Shown here in pieces: positions 22,606-24,000 of a stretch of 24,000 bases of DNA. Origin of the DNA: Leifsonia tongyongensis (GTDB lineage: Bacteria > Actinomycetota > Actinomycetes > Actinomycetales > Microbacteriaceae); assembly GCF_010686705.1 (NCBI RefSeq), contig NZ_JAAGWY010000002.1:1-24000 (forward strand), read 5' to 3'. Position numbers and translations under genes: made by a program. Under the pieces are notes generated by a model. That model made no database searches. It was not told the DNA's origin and saw nothing but the letters and a program-made list of their open reading frames with translations. Numbering within the stretch: position 1 is the stretch's first letter; each line of letters starts with the position of its first letter.

Positions 22606-23816
22606 GTTTCCCTCTTCGTTCCATCGCGTGACGATCGTGTGCCGTGCCGGCGCAACGGGAGTGAGACGACGGCGAGATACAGTTCGGCGGCATCGCGCGG
22701 ATCGGAAAGGCTCCGCAACGTGAGCGTCTCAAGCCGGCGCAGTCGGTTGCGCACCGTGTTGGAGTGCACGAAGAGTGCCCTCGCGGTGCCGGCGACCGAG
22801 CCGCCCGTGCCGAACCAGGTTCGAGCCGTGTCGAGAACCATCTCCCTCTCGCTCTCGGGCAGTTCGAGAACTCGGTAGAGCACGATGGCGGCGAGTTCAG
22901 CCGCCACGTCGGGCGCGCCAGCGGCCATCGTGTTCACGGCGGAGTCGGAGAAGAAGGTCACCTGCCCGTCGCCGGATGCAGCGAGCGAGGTGCGCGCCAG
23001 TCGAACGGCGTGCGAGATCTGCCCGAAGTCCTCGGTGACCGGGCTGATTCCCGCGCGGACCCCGAACTGCTGAAGGGATTTGCGGACGAAGCGAATCTGC
23101 TCGTGAAAGCAGGAGACGATGCCGAGCTCGACATCCGAGCGAAGCAGCCAGACCGAATCCAGCTCGTGTTCCATCAGCCGCCGGTCGATGAGGGGAGCCG
23201 GAACACGGCCATTCCCCTGGGCTCCGATCGCCACGACGACGTACGGTCGGTCGCGGGGGAGTCCCAGCCGGTCGACCGCATCCCAGAGGGTCGCGTTGGG
23301 TTTGTCATGCCCGCTCAGCACGGTGTCGATGAGGGCGTAGCGCTCGCGCTGACTGTTGATGAGGCGGAGCTCTTCTTCGTCGCGGTATCCGGCGCTGATC
23401 AGGCTGACGAATTCATCGCTCATCGTCCACACCTGCCCGGCGACCGAAACGAGTTCAGCGTCGGATGCGGACTCGAAGGAGCGCGCGTGGTCGACGAGCT
23501 CACCCCAGATGAACTCCGAGCCGACCCGTATCGCGTCGAGGACGGCGGAGAGCGGGAAATTTGCTTGTGCACGCGCCGCCCCGATCATCCGGACCGTTCG
23601 TTCGCGCTCCGCATCGGGCGTTCCCAGCGAAGGGATGAAGCCGATCTGCGTGCTGCAGGAATCGAGCAGTTCCTGGTCGCTGACCGGCGAGGATGCGCGA
23701 TAGCCGGGCACCCGTAGGCGGATGGTCGCGGCCAACCGGGCAGGCAGGTCGGACGAGGTGGCGAGCAGCGACGATGTCAGGCGCGGGAGGAGGCTTGTGG
23801 GCCGCGAATCAGTCAC
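22602..23816 (-). CDS. PucR/CdaR-family transcriptional regulator
   Basis: C-terminal TARALFVHSNTVRNRLRRLETLT is a PucR-type HTH. GTG start. Its stop overlaps the corA start (ATGA on the minus strand, 22602-22605). Confidence 0.75.
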   Translation of the reverse strand: MTDSRPTSLLPRLTSSLLATSSDLPARLAATIRLRVPGYRASSPVSDQELLDSCSTQIGFIPSLGTPDAERERTVRMIGAARAQANFPLSAVLDAIRVGSEFIWGELVDHARSFESASDAELVSVAGQVWTMSDEFVSLISAGYRDEEELRLINSQRERYALIDTVLSGHDKPNATLWDAVDRLGLPRDRPYVVVAIGAQGNGRVPAPLIDRRLMEHELDSVWLLRSDVELGIVSCFHEQIRFVRKSLQQFGVRAGISPVTEDFGQISHAVRLARTSLAASGDGQVTFFSDSAVNTMAAGAPDVAAELAAIVLYRVLELPESEREMVLDTARTWFGTGGSVAGTARALFVHSNTVRNRLRRLETLTLRSLSDPRDAAELYLAVVSLPLRRHGTRSSRDGTKRET

Positions 23817-23817
23817 G

Positions 23818-23956
23818 GTTTCGTCCGTTCACGATAAGGGAGTCGTCTGATACTGACGCGGCCCCCACGCGGGGGGCAATGGAATCCGTCACACGATCGG
23901 GGAGCTCAAAATGTCCGCCGGAACAGTGTGCACGAAATGGAGTTTCGTCGTTCACG
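23818..23956. repeat. Two copies of a 15/16-nt direct repeat upstream of the PucR gene
   Basis: GTTTCGTCCGTTCACG (23818-23833) and GTTTCGTCGTTCACG (23942-23956). They are identical apart from one inserted C and lie 124 nt apart. Confidence 0.5.
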
Positions 23957-24000
23957 CTCGTACAAGATTCCGGCCGCGTGCCTTCCTAATTTGGTCAGAG

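Noticed and set aside
22764-23717. 317-aa plus-strand ORF antisense to the PucR gene
   Set aside because: The minus strand encodes a protein with a clear PucR C-terminal HTH that is coupled to corA. The plus-strand product is featureless and Arg/Gly/Asp-rich.

Overview
High-GC (roughly 65-70% by eye) actinobacterial-type chromosomal segment with about 27 supportable protein genes. I found no rRNA, tRNA, CRISPR array, transposase or integrase. Left to right: (1) a divergent ROK repressor and a five-gene-type catabolic cassette (ROK kinase, YhfX-like PLP enzyme, double-SIS isomerase/deglycase, APC permease) behind a near-consensus promoter and ending in a perfect 16-bp hairpin. (2) An ArsR - SRPBCC - RibD_C(DHFR-like) trio with a perfect 9-4-9 operator palindrome. 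(3) A 25-codon TetR 5' remnant just upstream of an 882-aa MalT/LAL-type STAND-LuxR regulator, then a small conserved protein and a Tat-signal secreted protein with cell-wall-binding (CWB2-like) modules. (4) A membrane protein, a SnoaL/NTF2-like protein and two small unknown proteins. (5) The most unusual part: a 179-aa polyproline-repeat protein, followed by a 563-aa protein that fuses a papain-like Cys-His-Asn peptidase domain to a seven-bladed Trp-rich propeller. The propeller is encoded by a 138-bp in-frame tandem repeat with near-identical blades. The two proteins share a positionally conserved N-terminal motif (KRGAFxTPxxxLxxATPY at residues 9-26) and neither has a classical signal peptide. 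(6) A second RibD_C paralogue, a small conserved protein, a GT-C/PIG-V-like membrane glycosyltransferase, a TetR regulator with an unexplained ~124-aa N-terminal extension, a 4-TM protein, an orphan HigA-like XRE protein, and a translationally coupled PucR-CorA pair. All functional calls rest on motif recognition by eye and none was checked against a database. Most long antisense ORFs in the track are high-GC artefacts.
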